Source: Felis catus (taxonomy: Eukaryota). From it: a stretch of 64,000 bases of DNA. Location of the stretch: assembly GCF_018350175.1 (NCBI RefSeq), contig NC_058368.1, forward strand, positions 237,152,001-237,216,000, in the 5' to 3' direction. Positions 61,999-64,000 of the stretch are shown in pieces. Position 1 is the stretch's first letter. Each line of letters starts with the position of its first letter. The position numbers and the translations under genes were made by a program. The notes beneath the pieces were generated by a model, which saw only the letters and a program-made list of their open reading frames with translations, was not told the DNA's origin and made no database searches.

Positions 61999-63053
61999 AA
62001 ACTACAGCGTAAATAAAAGTCCTGAAGCCCCTCCAGTGACATTTGAAACACTCTCTGTCCCTCAAAGTAGAACAAATACTTAAGCACCGTTAGCAAAACA
62101 GGTGGAGGTTCCGTGGCCAGGGTGTGGCCCGGAGGGCTGTGCGGGTCACGGGTCCCCAGGCCGTCCTGCCTCTTCCCAGAGGAGCGCGGAGGAGGTCTGG
62201 ATTTCCAGCCACACGCCGAGGCCGAAAGGGAAGCAGCCACCGAGCATTTTCGGACCCGCGGCCGCGAGTCCGGTGAGACTGGGCCACAGGTCTCTGGACT
62301 GTGGGATGAGAAAGAATGCCCAAGGTGCAGCTGCTGCGCTGTGGGGTCGGGGCGGTGGGACAGGAAGAGGCCGGACCCTTCCTAATGGACGGAAAAGCCA
62401 TTCCCAGGCCTCGCTCCGCTTCCCCTCACAGGACGCACGGCCCGGGCCCTGGCCTAGCAGGACAATGTGGCCTTCTGTGGGCAATGCCCTGTGGGCTGGT
62501 CGTGGTCAGGTTATGTTATGTTTTCATGGAGACGCTTCAATGCCGGTTTTGTGCGGTTGTAACAGGACAGGAGTGCTGAACAAATAGCGAGGCCCCTGGA
62601 GCCCTCCATCCGTCAGACGGTCCTGACAGGGGCCCCTACCCACGGCCTGCCCGGCAGAGCCCCCCGTGCGTCTCCTGTCCCCTTGTCCCCTTTATCATTT
62701 TAAAGCATCTCCTTAAACCTCTTCCTTGGCAGACGAGCACTGTATTCCCTAACGTCCAGAAAGTCGTCTCGGGTAGTCAGCCCGGGACATCGTGCGACAT
62801 AAGGCGCCATCACAGACGCAATCCCAGATGCACCGGGGAAGGATTTACGGCTCGTCGAGGACAGGAGCTTCCACGCTGTATAAATTGGGAAGCGTCCAAG
62901 TACGCCAGCAAGAGAAACTCAAGGTACAAATCCTAATACTTTGTAGGAGTTCAGCGCAGAGAATCCAGAAAGGTAGCGCGTCCGAAGTGTGTGAGCAGCA
63001 TGTGTAAGAATTTACGCAGGGGGAAGGACGACGGCTGTTCCATCCCCCGAAGC

Positions 63054-63259
63054 CAGCAGATCGTGAGGGACGGTCGCATCACTGCCGCTGGGGACCCTCG
63101 GCCATGTCTGGGGACATTTCTGCTGGTCACTACTGGGGTGCTGCTGGGTGGGGGTCAGCTATGCTGCTACCCACCTCCCCCCACACACGCCCGGGGCGCA
63201 GAACAGACTCCAAGATGAAGAATGATCCCAAAACGTCATTCTGAGATCGGGAGGTTCTG
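63054..63259 (+). mobile_element. MER20 (hAT-Charlie) relic
   Basis: ggggaccctcggccatgtctggggacattt...gtcactactggggtgctgctgg...atgctgcta...aagaatgatcccaaaacgtca follows the MER20 consensus. Confidence 0.75.
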
Positions 63260-63489
63260 CTCCAGATGAAGCTGGGGGGATTTTAGTCAGCAGCAGCCAT
63301 GAGCCCGGCCATGCTGTTTTTTTTCTCTTTTGCATTCAACCACCAACCATAACAAAGCTTCAGACGTTTCCTTGCCAGGGAAGGAGGGAATCTCTTAAAC
63401 AGGAGCCAAGAGCGCATTACACCCTCTGCAAACGTGCAGGAGCGGACTAACCAGATTTCAAGTGTTGTGACAAAGGAAATGCCACGGTC

Positions 63490-64000
63490 CATTCATTCGA
63501 CAGATTCCCAGGGGTCTCCTCTTGTCCCTGGGCATCAGGGACAGAACTCCTGCGTGAAGTTATGCTGGGAAAGGCAGAGCTGAAGCCAGCAATGGCACAG
63601 CACCTCCAGGGAGGCCGCGGGGCCGAAGGCACTTTGCCTGGGCTGGGAACCAAGAAGGCTTCCGTGAAGACTGGATGTTTAAACCGAGAGCTGGAGAATG
63701 AGAAAGCAGCCCTGGGGGGAAGAGGGAGTGTGGCGGCCAGCCCAGGAACAGGGGAAGCGTGTGCAAAGGCCCTGAGGCAGAAAGACCTGGGGGGAGGCAC
63801 AAGGCCATGAGGCTAAACCAACACCAAAGGGGAGACTGATTTGAGATGAGGTGAGAGGTTTGAGAAAGAGTAAGAACACACAGGGACAACTGAAGTCAAC
63901 TCAGCCTTTCAGATTTTCTCCCAGGGCAGTGGAGGCGGGTGCAAGAATCGTAAGCATGAGAAAGGAATGCTCAGAACTTCACTCTGGAAAGACCCCTCTG
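63490..64000 (-). mobile_element. L2 fragment
   Basis: cattcattcgacagat tail, aagaaggcttcc, agcgtgtgcaaaggccctgaggcag, gagatgaggtgagagg, gaaagacccctctg. Confidence 0.8.

Noticed and set aside
1..64000. Naming the locus or host gene
   Set aside because: I compared candidate exons from memory with genes in several conserved-element-rich distal regions (e.g. MGMT, ZNF407, MBP) and none matched. A genome alignment is needed.

Overview
This is mammalian, almost certainly felid (cat-family), non-coding genomic DNA. About 32 carnivore tRNA-derived SINEs are present, many of the felid SINEC_Fc type, together with L1, L2, MIR, MaLR-LTR, Tigger2 and MER20 relics. I recognise no protein-coding gene, RNA gene or intact transposon, and the supplied ORFs are chance frames in GC-rich DNA, SINE read-throughs, L1 remnants or tandem-repeat artefacts. 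The window has three domains. (1) About 5-27 kb is GC/CpG-rich and almost transposon-free, studded with AT-rich, homeodomain/POU/SOX/MEIS-motif-dense islands that look like conserved developmental enhancers. (2) About 30-43 kb is an AT-rich pile-up of old L1 pieces riddled with SINEs. (3) About 43-64 kb is GC-rich mixed sequence. The best sequence-level oddities are a ~730-bp, indel-free 10-bp minisatellite that grew inside the L1 ORF2 Cys/His knuckle codons, a ~40-bp templated-insertion scar (17-bp perfect inverted repeat plus 14-bp direct repeat), a twin-primed L1 whose target site was reused by a SINE, and several strong minus-strand splice signals that, with L1 orientation bias, hint at an unseen minus-strand host transcript. 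I found no convincing new biological system. Repeat subfamily names come from remembered consensus sequences, not a search, and boundaries of old repeats are approximate.
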